From an uncultured Candidatus Rokubacteria bacterium (GTDB taxonomy: Bacteria; Methylomirabilota; Methylomirabilia; Rokubacteriales; CSP1-6), in assembly GCA_963747235.1 (NCBI GenBank), contig CAVVEU010000013.1:128001-192000 (forward strand): a DNA stretch of 64,000 nt. Direction: 5' to 3'. Position numbers and translations under genes: made by a program. This document shows, piece by piece, positions 21,152 through 32,892 of the stretch. The notes beneath the pieces are model-generated. The model was not told where the DNA came from, made no database searches, and was given only the letters and a program-made list of their open reading frames with translations. Within the stretch, counting starts at the first letter, position 1; every line of letters starts with the position of its first letter.

Positions 21152-22412
21152 CTACGCGAGCATCCGGGCCAGGACGGCCCCCTCGACCGCCTCCATCCGG
21201 AGGCCCAGGACGGTCGCCACGGTCGGCGCCACGTCGCGGCTCTTGATCGCCCCCAGGGCCACGTCGCGCCGGACCCCCGCGCCGGCGGCCAGGAAGAAGG
21301 CCGCGTTGTCGCCGTAGATCGGACGCTGGCCGTGGGTGCCCAGGTACTTCGGCGCGCCGTGCTCGTCCGGGCCCTCCGCCGCGTCGCCGTAGGAGTAGCC
21401 GGGCGCGGCCTCGAACATCACGTCGGCCACCTGGGCATGCTCGCCGGGCGTGGGCAGGCCGAGGGCGCCGTACTCCGTCGCGGGCCACATGCCGCTCACG
21501 CCCTCCATGGCCGCGATCTCCCGCGGCGAGCTGGTGCACGGCGGCGAGATCGCCGTCGAGCCGGTAGAGCGCGCCCGCGCCGTGGTTCATCACGAAGCGC
21601 GCCTCGCGCTCGGCCCCCAGCCTGCGCAGCTTCACGTTGGGGCGAATCTCGCGGTGCGACGGCAGGAAGCCGTGGTCGGACACCACGAACACGGTGGTCT
21701 CGTCGAGGCCGGGGTCGGGGAGCGAGTCGAGGAAGCGGCCGATCAGGCCGTCCACGTACTCGAGCGCCCAGTAGGCCTCCGGCGATCGGGGGCCGTGGAG
21801 ATGCTGGAAGCTGTCCACGCACAGAAAGTGCAGGAGCAGCAGCGCCGGCTCGTGGCGGCGCGCCGCGTGGGCCGCCACGCGGCCGACCATCTCGTCCTTG
21901 AGGAAGCGCTTGGGCAGGAGCGCCCACTCGCCCTGGCGGTGCATCGGGTAGCCGAGCGCGGCCAGCTCTTCCCACACCGCCCGCGCGGTCTGGGTCTCGA
22001 ACACGCGCTGGTCCTTGAAGAAGGGCAGGTTGAAGTCGAGCGTGGTCGCGTTGCGGGTGGCCGGCCAGTCCACGGCGGCGGTGCGCAGGCCCGCGGCGTG
22101 GGCGAGATCGTAGACGGTCGGCGCGCGCAGCAGCGCGGGCGCGTCGTAGATGGGATCGCCGGTGAGATCCTCGGTCGCGCGCGTGTCGCGATTCAGGATG
22201 TGGTTGGCGACCACGCCGTGGGCGCGGGGGCTCACGCCGGTGACCATGCTCACGTGGGTCGGCCACGTGGTGCTGGGGAAGACCGTCTCCATGCCCGAGG
22301 CGAGGGCGCCGCGCTCGGCGAGGCGCCGGAGGCGCGGCAGGCGGGCCTGCGGATCCGCCCAGTAGAACGCCGCGAAGCCGTCGATGCTGATGACGACGAC
22401 GCGGCGCTTCAC
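21152..22412 (-). CDS. Alkaline phosphatase superfamily, nucleotide pyrophosphatase/phosphodiesterase (frameshift near 21530)
   Basis: ISIDG, STTWPTH, DSFQH, VSDHG, GTHG. Confidence 0.88.
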
Positions 22413-22421
22413 GGGCGCGAT

Positions 22422-23404
22422 CTAGGCCGACGCCGCGGCGGCGGTGGCGCGGGCGCGCGCGGTACTTCTCGAGGTTGCCGCCCGACTTGAGCTTGCCGGG
22501 CAGCGGGTGGCCGACCACGCGCTCGGCGAGCTGCCCGGCCTCGATCATCGCGTCGAGGCTCGATGCCGGTGTCCACGCCCAGCTCCTGGCAGAGGAAGAC
22601 CAGGTCCTCGGTGGTGACGTTGCCGGCCGCGCCCTTGTGGGCCGCGAACGGGCAGCCGCCCAGGCCCGCCACCGCGCTGTCGAAGCGGTCCACGCCGATC
22701 TCGAGCGCGGCGACCACGTTGGCGATGGCGAGCGCGCGCGTGTCGTGCAGGTGGAGCTTCACCGGGATCGCGGGCCAGCGCGCCCGGACCGCGCCCACCA
22801 GCCGCTTGATCTGCAGGGGATTCGCCCAGCCCATGGTGTCGGCCAGGCTGATGTTGCCGAGCCGCGAGCCGCAGCCCAGCGCCTGCTCCTCCACCTTCTC
22901 GATGACGCGGATCACCTGCGCGGGCGTCACGTCGCCCTCGTAGTTGCAGCCGAAGGCGGCCATCACGCCCACGTCGATCCAGTCCATGCCGAGGGCCTGG
23001 TAGCGCCGGGCCCAGCCGGGCAGCTCGGCGATCTTCTCGTCGACGCTGCGGTTGGTGTTCTTGCGCGTGAAGGTGTCGGTGGCCGCCACCCCGAACATCG
23101 GCCGCAGCGCGAGCGACTCGCGCAGGCGCGCGGCCCGCTCGAGCCCCGCCTCGTTGAGCCAGATCGCCTCGTAGGCGACGCCGGGCACGCGCTTGATGCC
23201 CGCCACCATCTGGTCGGCGTCGGCCATCTGGGGCACCCACTTCGGGCTCACGAAGGACGTGAACTCGATGGTGGAGACGCCGGTGTCGGAGAGCGCGTCC
23301 ACCAGGGAGATCTTCGCGGCGAGGCTGATGTCGCCCTTCTCGAACTGGAAGCCCTCGCGCGGGCCCACTTCCTTGATGATCACGTGACTCGGCATGTCGC
23401 TCAT
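22422..23404 (-). CDS. HMG-CoA lyase family (frameshifts near the 3' end)
   Basis: EVGPREGFQ, SFVSPKWVPQMAD, LADTMG, HLHDTR, GLGGCPFA, GNVTTED. Confidence 0.88.
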
Positions 23405-24598
23405 GCGATGACCCTCCGTGACGCCAGCGCGTCGATCTCGTCGGTCTCGAGGCCCAGCTCCCGCAGCACCTCGCGGGTGTGCTCCCCCAGCGTGGGCGCC
23501 GGGCGCTGGAGCCCCATGTCGAAGGCGGTGCTGTGGACCGGCAGCTTGGGCAGCTTGGCGATTCCGCCGCCGGGGAGCGGGGTGTCCAGGAGCTGCCCGG
23601 TCGCCTGCAGGTGCGCGTCGTCCAGGAGCTGATCCGGGCGTCGCAGCGGAGCGAACGGCACCCGGCAGCGCTCGAGCCGCTCGGACAGCTCGGCGCTCGA
23701 GTAGCGGAGCATCTCCTCCGCGATGCGGGCGGGCAGCCAGGCGCGCGCGGCCACGCGCTTGGCATTGTCGTCGAGGCGCTCGTCCGCGAGGAGATCCTTC
23801 AACCCGAACTCGTCGCAGAAGCGCTCCCAGTGGCCGTTGGACGTGATGCCGATGAAGACCTGCTCGCCGTCGGCGGCGGTGAAGAGCTGGTACACGCCCC
23901 AGCCCATGCGCGTGCCCTGGCGGATCTCCGGCATCGGCACCGACGGCTGGCCGGTGGCCGCGTGCTGGGCGAGCCACTGGCCCACCCAGAAGACGACGGT
24001 CTCGAAGAGGCCCGAGGTGATCTTCTGCCCGCGGCCGGTCTGCGCCCGCTGATGGAGCGCGGCCAGCACCGCGATCACCCCGTAGGCCGCCGCGCCAACG
24101 TCCACGATCGAGGCGCCCGCGCGCAGGGGCTGGCCGCGCGGCCCGGTCATGAAGGCGAGACCGGCCGACATCTGCGCGAGCTCGTCGAGGAACGGGCCGC
24201 GCCTCCGACGGGCCGGGAAGGAAGCCCTTGAGCGCCAGGTAGATGATGCCCGGATGGACCCGCGCCAGGACGTCGTAGCCCAGGCCCAGGCCCTCGACGG
24301 CGCCGTAGGCGAAGTTGTCGATGACCACGTCCGAGCCCGCGGCCAGGCGCAGGAAGAGGGCCCGGCCATCCGCCGAGCCCTTCAGGTCGATCGCGATCGA
24401 GCGCTTGTTGCGGTTCAGGAAGTGGAAGTTGGCCGAGGTGCCCGCCGGCATGCCCCGCGACTGGTCGCCCTCGCCGGGCCGCTCCACCTTGATCACGTCG
24501 GCGCCCAGGTCGGCCAGCAGCAGTCCCGCCGAGGGCCCCGCGATGATGTGGCCGAGCTCGAGGACGCGCACGCCCTCGAGCGGAAGCGGGGTGGTCAT
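23401..24598 (-). CDS. CaiB/BaiF family III CoA-transferase (frameshift near 24200)
   Basis: LEGVRVLEL, LADLGADVIKVE, NRNKRS, APTLGEHT. Confidence 0.9.
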
Positions 24599-24705
24599 GA
24601 CGCGGGCATTGTATCGTAAACGCGGGGTGTACAGGTTGCGCGGCCTGGATCGCTCTGATACCGTCGGTCGCGCTGGCAGCACGATCACGGAGGAGGAGCA
24701 ACGCG

Positions 24706-25258
24706 ATGCCCATCGAGGCCCGGCGCTGGCTGTGGATTCTGCTGCTGACCGCGGCGAGCGTGTTCGTCACGCTCGGCATGGCGTGCGCCACGCCCTTCGC
24801 CGCGCTCGCGACGCTGGCCGCGCTCCACATGAGCCGGCGCGACGGGCTCGCGCTCATCGGCATCGCCTGGCTCGCCGACCAGGCGGTGGGTTACGGCCTG
24901 CTCGGCTACCCGCGCACCGCGAACAGCTTCGCCTGGGGCGTGATCCTGGGCGCGGGCGCCTTCGTGGCCGCTGGTCGCCGCCCAGTCGCTCGTCGAGCGC
25001 CTGCGCGACCGCGGCGTGGTCCTGGCGGGCGGGGTGGCGTTCGCGGGCGCGTTCATGGCCTACGAGGCAGTGCTCGTGACCGCGACCGCGGTGCTGGCGA
25101 GCGGCTCGGAAGCGTTCTCGCTGCCGATCGTCGGCTGGGTGCTCCGTGTGAACCTGCTCTCGCTCGCCGGCCTGTTGATCCTCTACCGCCTCGCGGTCTG
25201 GATCGGGCTCGTGACGCGGGCGCCCCTCGGGGCGCGAGCCACCGTCACCGCGGGCTGA
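24706..25258 (+). CDS. Hypothetical integral membrane protein (frameshift near 24975)
   Basis: SD GGAGGAG; about 5-6 hydrophobic segments; ACATPFAA, DQAVGY. Confidence 0.7.
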
Positions 25259-25262
25259 GCCC

Positions 25263-26078
25263 GTGAGCGCCACCGGCAAGCTGGACCGGCCGGGCGGGTC
25301 GCTGCACTTCGAGATCATCGACGCGACCGCGCCGTGGGCGGCGGAGGCGCCGCTGATCGTCTTCCACCACGGGATCGGCGCCACCGCCGACGTCTGGGCG
25401 GAATGGCTCCCCGCGCTGCTGGATCGCTACCGCGTCGCCCGCTTCGACATGCTGGGCTTCGGCCGCTCCGGCGTGCCGGGTCCTGGCTTCCCGTGGTCGC
25501 TCGAGGGGCTGATGGCCGACGCGCTCGAGGTCGCGCGGGCCGCCGGCGCCGAGCGCTTTCACTTCGTCGGCGAGTCGGTGGGGGGCACCGTCGGCCTGCT
25601 GCTCGGGAGCCGGCGCCCGACGCGCTGCTGAGCCTGACCGTGTCGAACGCTTCGCACCGCGGCGGCTCGATCCAGCGGGCGCGCGAGTGGCGCGAGTTCA
25701 TCCGCGCCAACGGCATGAGCAAGTGGGGCGAGATGATGACGCCGCTTCGCCTCGATCGCGCGCGCGTGTCGGAGGCGCAGTACCGCTGGTTCGAGCGGGC
25801 GCAGGCCGGGTGTTCCGCGGACTCCGTGCTCGATCTGGCCGACGTGCTCATCGGGAGCGATCTCTCGCCCGAGCTGGAGCCGCATCCCCGTGCCGACCCT
25901 GCTGCTGGCTCCCGGCCGGAGCCCGTTCGTGCCGCTCGCGGTCATGGAGGAGATGCACGCGGGCATCGCGGGCTCGGAGCTCGTCGTCTTCCCGGACGCG
26001 CGCCACGGCCTGCCGTGCTCGCACGGCGCCGCGTGCGGCCGGGCCCTGCGCGCCTTTCTCGACCGCCGCGCCGCGTAG
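25263..26078 (+). CDS. Alpha/beta hydrolase (enol-lactonase-like; 2 frameshifts)
   Basis: FHHGIG, DMLGFGRS, GESVGG, ARHGL. Confidence 0.8.
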
Positions 26079-26082
26079 GCCC

Positions 26083-27190
26083 ATGCCGGTCTCCCCGGCC
26101 GTCGCGGAGACGACGGACGCGCTGCTGGTCGCCCTGCTCGGCGCGCTCGACCGGGTGGAGTGGGCGCAGCGGCACCTCTTCCCGCCGCGCGCGCTCGAGC
26201 TGGCCGACCGCCTGGCGCCCGCACGCCGAGCGCCTGACCGGGCCGCTGGGCGCGCTCGAAGCGGCCGCGTGGCCCGACGACCTGCGCCTGCTGCGCGAGC
26301 GGCTCGCGCAGGTCACCCGGCAGGCCATCGAGCTGATCGGCGCCTTCACGTCCGCCGCGCGATCCGGCGAGCCGATCGAGCTCTACCGCGCCCTGCGCCG
26401 CTTCGCCCCGCTCCAGGAAGCGCTCTACCCGCTCGCCCCGGTGCTGGACCCGGTGAGCCGCTGGTTCCTCGAGCCGGGCCGCCGCGGCGACGAGGTGCTG
26501 GTGCGCCGCCTGCGCGACGCCGCGCTTCGCGACGACGGCGCGCGGGTCGGCGTGCTCCACGCCCGCAACGACCACGGCAGCCGCGGCGGGCTTTCGCTCT
26601 ACGTGCCGGAGACGTGGGAGGCCACCGCGCCGCCGGCGCCGCTGGTCGTCGCGCTGCACGGCGGCAGCGGCCACGGCCGTGACTTCCTGTGGGCCTGGCT
26701 GCGCGAGGCGCGCGCTCGGAGCGTGCTGCTGCTCTCGCCGACCGCGCTCGATCGCACGTGGTCCATCATGGGCGGGGAGGACGTGGACGCGCCGCGGCTC
26801 CAGGCCGCCGTCGAGGATGTCGTCACGCGCTACCACGTGGACCGCTCGCGCGTCCTGCTCACCGGCATGTCCGACGGCGCGACCTACGCGCTGCTCTGCG
26901 GGCTCGTCGAGGGCATGCCCTTCACGCACCTCGCGCCGGCCTGCGGCGTGCTCCATCCGTTCCTGCTGGCGCGCGGCGACATCCAGCACGCGCGCGACCG
27001 GCCGATCTACCTGGTCCACGGCGCGCTCGACTGGATGTTCCCCGTGCAGACCGCGCGCATGAGCCGGGACGCGCTCGAGATGGCGGGGGCGCGGGTCGTC
27101 TACCGCGAGATCGAGGACCTCTCGCACACCTACCCGCGGGACGAGAACCCGCGGATCCTCGACTGGCTGCTCGGCCCGGTCAGCTCGTAG
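26083..27190 (+). CDS. Phospholipase/carboxylesterase family with N-terminal helical domain (frameshift near 26220)
   Basis: ALHGGSG, GMSDG, HGALDWMF, LSHTYP. Confidence 0.82.
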
Positions 27191-28683
27191 GCGTCGGCGC
27201 CGCGAAGCGGTTGATCGGTAGCGGCGTGGTCACCGCGCCCCGGCACGCCGCGGCCACATAGGGCGCCAGGCGCCCGGCCAGGGCCCAGGCGTCCGCGGCC
27301 CGCTCGCGGTGCCGGTCGGCGGCCTCCTGGGCGCGGGCGTAGATCCTGGTCTCGTCCACCGTGGTCACGCGGCCCCCCTCGAGGACGACGCGCCCGTCCA
27401 CCAGCACCGTGTCCACGCTGGCTCCGGTCTCGGCGTAGACCAGCGCCTTCACCGGGTCGGACAGGGGACGGAGGAAGATCGAGTCGGTCCGGAGCAGGAC
27501 GAGATCGGCCTTGCGCCCCGGCGCGAGCGCGCCCAGGTCTCCGGGCTGGCCCATGACCCGCGCGGTGCCGGACGTGGCCAGGCCCCAGACGGTGTCGGCG
27601 TCGAGCCAGCGGGCGGTCTCGTGCGGGAAGCGCACGGTGCTGATGATCGAGGCGATGCGCAGGGCCTCGAAGAGGTTCTGGTTGTCCGCGCAGGTCGAGC
27701 CGTCGGTGCCGAGGCCCACCGCGAGGCCTCGGTCGAGCATCTCGCGTACCGGCGCGATGCCCACGCCCAGCCGCAGGTTGCTGCCGGGATTGTGGGCCAC
27801 CGCGGCGCCCGCGTCGGCCAGCATGCGCAGATCGTCGTCGTCGAGCCAGACGGAGTGCGCGCCCACGAAGCCGGGGCCGAGCACCTGGTGGTCGGCCAGC
27901 CGGGCCACGATGCTCTTGCCCCAGCGCCGCCGGCTCTCGACCACCTGGACCTTGGACTCGGCCAGGTGGGTGTGGATGCCGACGCCGTACTCCCGCGACA
28001 GGGCGGCGCAGCCGTCGAGCAGCTCGTCCGTGGCCTGGTTCGGGATGGTGGGCGCCACCGCCACGCGGATCCGCCCCTCCGCGCTGCCGTGCCAGCGGCG
28101 AATGGCGCGCTCGGTCAGGTCGAGCAGGCCCTTGGTCGGCGCGGGCCGGATGTCCTGGACCGTGCGGCGCAGGTCCGGCGGGCAGGAGGTCGCTGAGGCC
28201 CGGGACGGTCTGGTAGAAGACGACGTCGGCGACCGCCGGCGCCAGGACCACGCGCACCCCGACGTCGGTATAGGCCTGCACCACGGCCGCGAAGGTCTCG
28301 TCGGTGATCGCGGGCACCGCGATGTAGAGATCGTAGGCGCCGGTGCAGCCGGTCTTGAGCATCTCGATGGCGCCGATGGCCGCCGAGAGGTACTCGTCGT
28401 CCGGCGTTCGAAATCCGGAGTTTGCGGGCGAGTAGGTCAGCAGATCCTCGAGCGTGAAGCTCCCGACCCGTCCGCGGGCCAGGTGGCTGGCCGCGTGGGT
28501 GTGGGCATTGCCCATGCCGGGGAGCACGAGGCGGTCCGCGGCCTCGATCACCCGGGCGCCGGGCGGAGGCGCCAGCCCCGGGCCCATCGCGGCGATACGG
28601 TCGCCCTCGATGAGGACATCCGCCCGCTGGAGCCCCGCCGGGGTACCCGCCAGGACCCGCCCGCCGCGAATCAGCATCGCCAT
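27180..28683 (-). CDS. Amidohydrolase (AtzA/MTA-SAH deaminase-like; frameshift near 28180)
   Basis: NAHTH, HTHLAE, AHSVW, LGTDG, GRKADL. Confidence 0.88.
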
Positions 28684-28693
28684 GGCCGCCTCC

Positions 28694-29308
28694 TCAGACC
28701 GCGCCGGAGCTCGACAGGGGCTGGGCGGCCGCGTCGTCGTCGAGATGGGTGACGCAGTTGAGCAGCCGCACGCGCCAGGGAGCCGGATGGTCGATGATCG
28801 TGAGCGCGGTGTTCTCCCAGCGCTCGGGGACGTCCTCGCCGTCGGGCAGGATCAGGTGACGCGCGGCCAGCGAGCGGCAGACGAGGCCGTGGGTGACGAC
28901 GGCCAGGTGCCCGCCGGTCGCGGCGGCGCGCTCCTGGACCAGCGCCCAGGCCCGGTCCACGCGCGCGTGGAAGACCTCCCAGGTCTCGCCGTTCGGCGGG
29001 GCGTAGTCGAGCGCGAACATGTCGAAGCCGAGCCTGGCGTAGGGCGTGCCGCGGATGTCGCCGAAGTTGCGCTCCTGGAGCAGGGGATCGTGCCGGACCG
29101 GGAGGCCGGTGACACGCGCCAGGCGCTCCGCGGTCTGCGCGGCGCGCGCGTAGTCGCTCGCGAGAATGGCCCCGATGCCCTCGCGCTCGAGCCGTCGGGC
29201 CAGGCGCTCGGCCTGGGCGATGCCGCGCGGGGAGAGCGGGTTGTCGGGGAGCTGGACGGTGCGCGAGGCGTTGCCGAGCGTCTCGCCGTGCCGGATCAGG
29301 AAGATCAG
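28694..29308 (-). CDS. Histidine phosphatase (phosphoglycerate mutase family)
   Basis: LIRHGET, SDYARAAQTA, ERNFG, VTHG; the start appears to be CTG overlapping the upstream TGA. Confidence 0.82.
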   Translation of the reverse strand: MIFLIRHGETLGNASRTVQLPDNPLSPRGIAQAERLARRLEREGIGAILASDYARAAQTAERLARVTGLPVRHDPLLQERNFGDIRGTPYARLGFDMFALDYAPPNGETWEVFHARVDRAWALVQERAAATGGHLAVVTHGLVCRSLAARHLILPDGEDVPERWENTALTIIDHPAPWRVRLLNCVTHLDDDAAAQPLSSSGAV

Positions 29309-30502
29309 ATCACGCTCTCGCCGCGCAGGCCCTGGATGTCCGCCGGGGTGTAGCCGAGGCCGGCCAGGATCTCGCCGCGTGTGCTGGCCGAGCTTCGGCG
29401 CGGTCCGCCGCACCGCCACGTCGCTGGCCGAGAGGCGGATCGGGGTGCGGATGTGGGGCACGCGGCCCAGCTCGGCGTCGTCGGCGTGGACCACCATCTC
29501 GCGGTGCTGGACCTGAGGGTCGGAGAAGAGCTGCTCGTAGTTGTACACGGGCCCGCACGGCACGCCCGCGTCGTCGAGCACCTTGGTCCAGTGCGCGGTC
29601 GGCGCGGTCGCCAGCACCGCGGTGATCTCCTTCTCGAGCGCGAAGCGATTCTTCCGCCGCTCCGGGGAGCGGGCGAAGCGCGGGTCCTCGAGCCACTCCG
29701 GGTGGCCGAGCGCGCGGGCGCAGCGCTGCCAGATGGACTGGCCGGCGGCGCCGATCATCATGTAGCCGTCCTTGGTCTCGAAGCGCTGGTAGGGCGCGTT
29801 CTGGCGGTGGCGCGAGCCCATGCGGACGGGCTCCACGTGGTCGGCCAGCCAGCCCGCGCTGGTCCACGAGGAGAAGCCGACCGCGGTCTCCAGCAGCGAG
29901 CACTCGACCTTCTGGCCCTGGCCGGTGCGCTGCCGCTCGTAGAGCGCGGCCAGGACGCCCTGGGCGCCCCACATGCCGGTGCCGAGATCGCAGATCGGTA
30001 GGCCCACCGAGGTGGGCGGGCCGTCGGGCTCGCCGGTGACGTGCATGATGCCGCCCATGCCCTGGGCGATGAGATCGAAGCCGCCCTTCTCGCGATAGGG
30101 GCCGTCGGAGCCGAAGCCGGAGAGCTGGGCGTAGATCAGGCGGGGATTCACCTGCTTGAGCGTGTCCCAGCCGAGGCCCGCGCGGTCCATGACGGTGGGA
30201 CGGTAGTTCTCCACCAGCACGTCCATGGCCGGGATCAGCTTGAGGAAGATCTCGCGGCCGCGCGCGCCCTTGTAGTCGAGCGTCAGGCTCTTCTTGTTGC
30301 GGTTGATGTAGCGGAAGTAGGGATTGCGCTCGCTGCCGTCGCCCATGCCGCGGGAGGAATCGCCCGCGCCGGGCCGCTCGAGCTTGATCACGTCGGCGCC
30401 CATGTCGGCCAGGATCATGGTGCAGAAGGGGCCCGCCATGTGCTCGGTCATGTCGAGCACCTTCACGCCGTCGAGCGGGCCCCGCGGATTCCGATCAGCC
30501 AT
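29305..30502 (-). CDS. CaiB/BaiF family III CoA-transferase (frameshift near 29375)
   Basis: LDGVKVLD, NRNKKS, ENYRP, GFDLIAQ, APKLGQHT; true end GLRGESVI*. Confidence 0.9.
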
Positions 30503-31022
30503 GGTGGGAAGAGCCTCCGATATCTCGCGCGTGGCCCAGCACGTGGGCCACCGCGATCTGGTGGAAGACGGTGGCGAGCGGGCCGACCACGCCCCCCGCG
30601 GAGCGGATGCGGCGCGCGAACAGCTCCTCGTCCGCGGCCTCCACGGCCCGGATGGTCGCGGCGCGATTCGCCTCGAACTCGGCGAGCAGTTGGGCGACGG
30701 TCATGCTCTCGCGCTTGGCCACCTGGCGATCGTTGTAGGCGTCGTTGCCGCCCTTCATCGTCCGCGTGGGCGGCGTTGCCTCGACCGGCGCGGGTGGCGT
30801 GCGGGCGATGTCGATCAGCCGGGGATAGCTCCACTCGATGGAGGCGATGTGGGCCAGGATCTGGCGGCCGTTCCAGCCGTTCTCGTAGCGGCCTTCCTCG
30901 AGCTGGGCGGGGTCCATCGCGCGCACGAGGGTGATGACCTCGTCCCGGCTCGCCGCGAGGGCTGCCAGGAGCTCGCGCTTCGTCGGCGCGGGGGTATCCG
31001 GGATCGTGTGGTAGTCGGCCAC
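30495..31022 (-). CDS. DinB/mycothiol-S-transferase-like family protein
   Basis: WNGRQILAHI, N..QVAKR, HVLGH; GTG start 6 nt after TTGACA-N18-CACTCT. Confidence 0.78.
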   Translation of the reverse strand: MADYHTIPDTPAPTKRELLAALAASRDEVITLVRAMDPAQLEEGRYENGWNGRQILAHIASIEWSYPRLIDIARTPPAPVEATPPTRTMKGGNDAYNDRQVAKRESMTVAQLLAEFEANRAATIRAVEAADEELFARRIRSAGGVVGPLATVFHQIAVAHVLGHARDIGGSSHHG

Positions 31023-31054
31023 GGGGAGAGAGTGAAGCGGGGCCCCGGGCCCTG

Positions 31055-31946
31055 TCAAGTCGCGCGCCCGGCCGCTACTGCCGATGGCCACGCCGCCCAG
31101 GACCAGCACGATCGCGACGACGAGCGTGAGAGTGAGCGGCTCACCCAGCCAGACGGTCGCGGTGATCACGCTGACCACCGGGGTGGCGAGCAGCCCGAGC
31201 GATGTCGTGACCGCAGGGAGGTTGCGGCTGGCGGTCGCGGTGGCCCAGTACGCGATGGCGGTGCCCACGATGCCCAGGTAGAGAAGCAGCGTGATGAACG
31301 ATGGAGTCCACTGAGCGGGCGCCGGCGCGGTGGTCGCGAGCGCGAAGGGGACCAGGAGCAGGGTCGCGAGCAGGGTTTCCCAGGGGATGAGCGCGAACGG
31401 CGTCGAGGCCCAGCGGTGCGCCCGGATGTGCAGGATGCTGAGGGCCCAGAGCAGCGCCCCGGCCAGGATGGCCAGGTTGCCGAGCACGACGTCGCGATCA
31501 CTCCAGTCGAGCGCGAGCGGGTTGAAGAGCGTCACGAGGCCGGCCAGGCCGATGAGCACGCCGACGGCGCGGCGCGGGGTCAGGGGCTCGCGCAGGAAGA
31601 GCGCCGCGCCCGGCGTGACCCAGAGCGGCGTGGTGTAGGCGAGCACCACGGTGCGGCCGGTGGGGACCAGGCCCAGGCCCCAGCTCGCGAGGAGGTTGAA
31701 GCCGACCATGTGCAGCAGCGTGATGCTCAGCAGCACCGGGAGGTCCCGCCGGGGCGGGAGGGTGATCCGACCGCGCCAGGCGGTGAGCGCGAAGAGCGCG
31801 ACGGTGGCGATGGCCGAGCGCAGGGTCACGGCCCAGAGCGGCGAGAGCGTGGCCAGCACCACCTTGTTGACCGGCCACGTGAGGCCCCAGGCCGCGATCA
31901 CGATGACCAGCGCCAGCAGGCCCTGGCGCCGCGCGCTCGAAGGCAC
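31055..31946 (-). CDS. DMT/EamA family transporter (stop position uncertain)
   Basis: About 10 TM helices; WGLTWP, YTTPLWV, LREP, WLGEP. Confidence 0.85.
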
Positions 31947-31953
31947 GGGCCGA

Positions 31954-32860
31954 TCAGCCGCGACGCTGCGGGTGGGCGAGGGCGCGAGGCATCGAGCGCG
32001 ATACTGCAGGATGTTCTCGCTCTTGAACGCGCCGTCCGTGACCTGCTTCGCGAAGCGCGTGTAGAGATTGCCCCACGTGAACGCGATCCCGCCGATCCAC
32101 CCCTTCGGGGCGAACTTCTGGGCCCGAGGGAGTGATAGCCGATGGAGTAGGCGTTGCGCTTCTCGGCCGTCTGCACCACCGTGATCGGCGAGTCGACGAT
32201 GACGCCGAGCACGTCCACGCCCTGATCGAGGAGCGCGTTGGCCGCGGTGGCCTCCTTGGCGGGGTCGAGGAAGGTGCCGGTGAAGACCACGCGCGTCTCC
32301 GCCTTCGGGTTGACGGACCGGGCGCCCAGCTCGAAGGCGTTGACGTTGGCGAGGAAGAAGCTGATGGGCAGCGCCACGACGTAGCCGAGCTTGTTGGTCC
32401 TGGTCGCCCTGCCGGCCGCCATGCCCATCAGGTAGAACGCCTCGGGGGTGCTCGCCCAGTACGTCGTGAGGTTCGGCGCGCGCTTGTAGCCGCCGGGGTG
32501 GAAGAACTTCACGTCGGGGTACTTGGCGGCGACGCGCAGCGCGGGCTCGAGGTAGCCGAAGCTCGCCGCGATGATGAGCTTGGCCCCCTGCTTGACCATG
32601 TTCTCCATCACCCGCTCGGCGTCGGCGCCCTCCGGGACGTTCTCCACCTCGATGACCTCGACCCCCGGCAGGTTCCTCTTCATCGCCTGGATGCCTTCGG
32701 CGTGAGCCTGGTTGTAGCCGCCGTCGGCCATGGAGCCGATGTGCAGGATGCCGACCTTGAGGGCCTGGGCCTCCGCCGAGGGCCCGGCGACCAGGACGAC
32801 CGCGAGGGCGACCAGGACCGCCGGGAGGGTCCGTACCGCGCGGATGAGCGTGAGGATCAT
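31954..32860 (-). CDS. BMP-family (purine nucleoside-type) ABC solute-binding protein, C-terminus apparently truncated
   Basis: DGGYNQAH, IIAASFGY, FYLMGMAAG, NAFELGA; frameshift near 32125; recognisable similarity ends after about 285 aa. Confidence 0.78.
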
Positions 32861-32892
32861 GGCTCTGTCTCCTTGTCCTGGGTGAGTGGATG

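Noticed and set aside
28694-30502. CoA-transferase/histidine phosphatase fusion (602 aa)
   Set aside because: An indel near 29375 shifts the frame; the natural CoA-transferase end (GLRGESVI*) is present in the other frame
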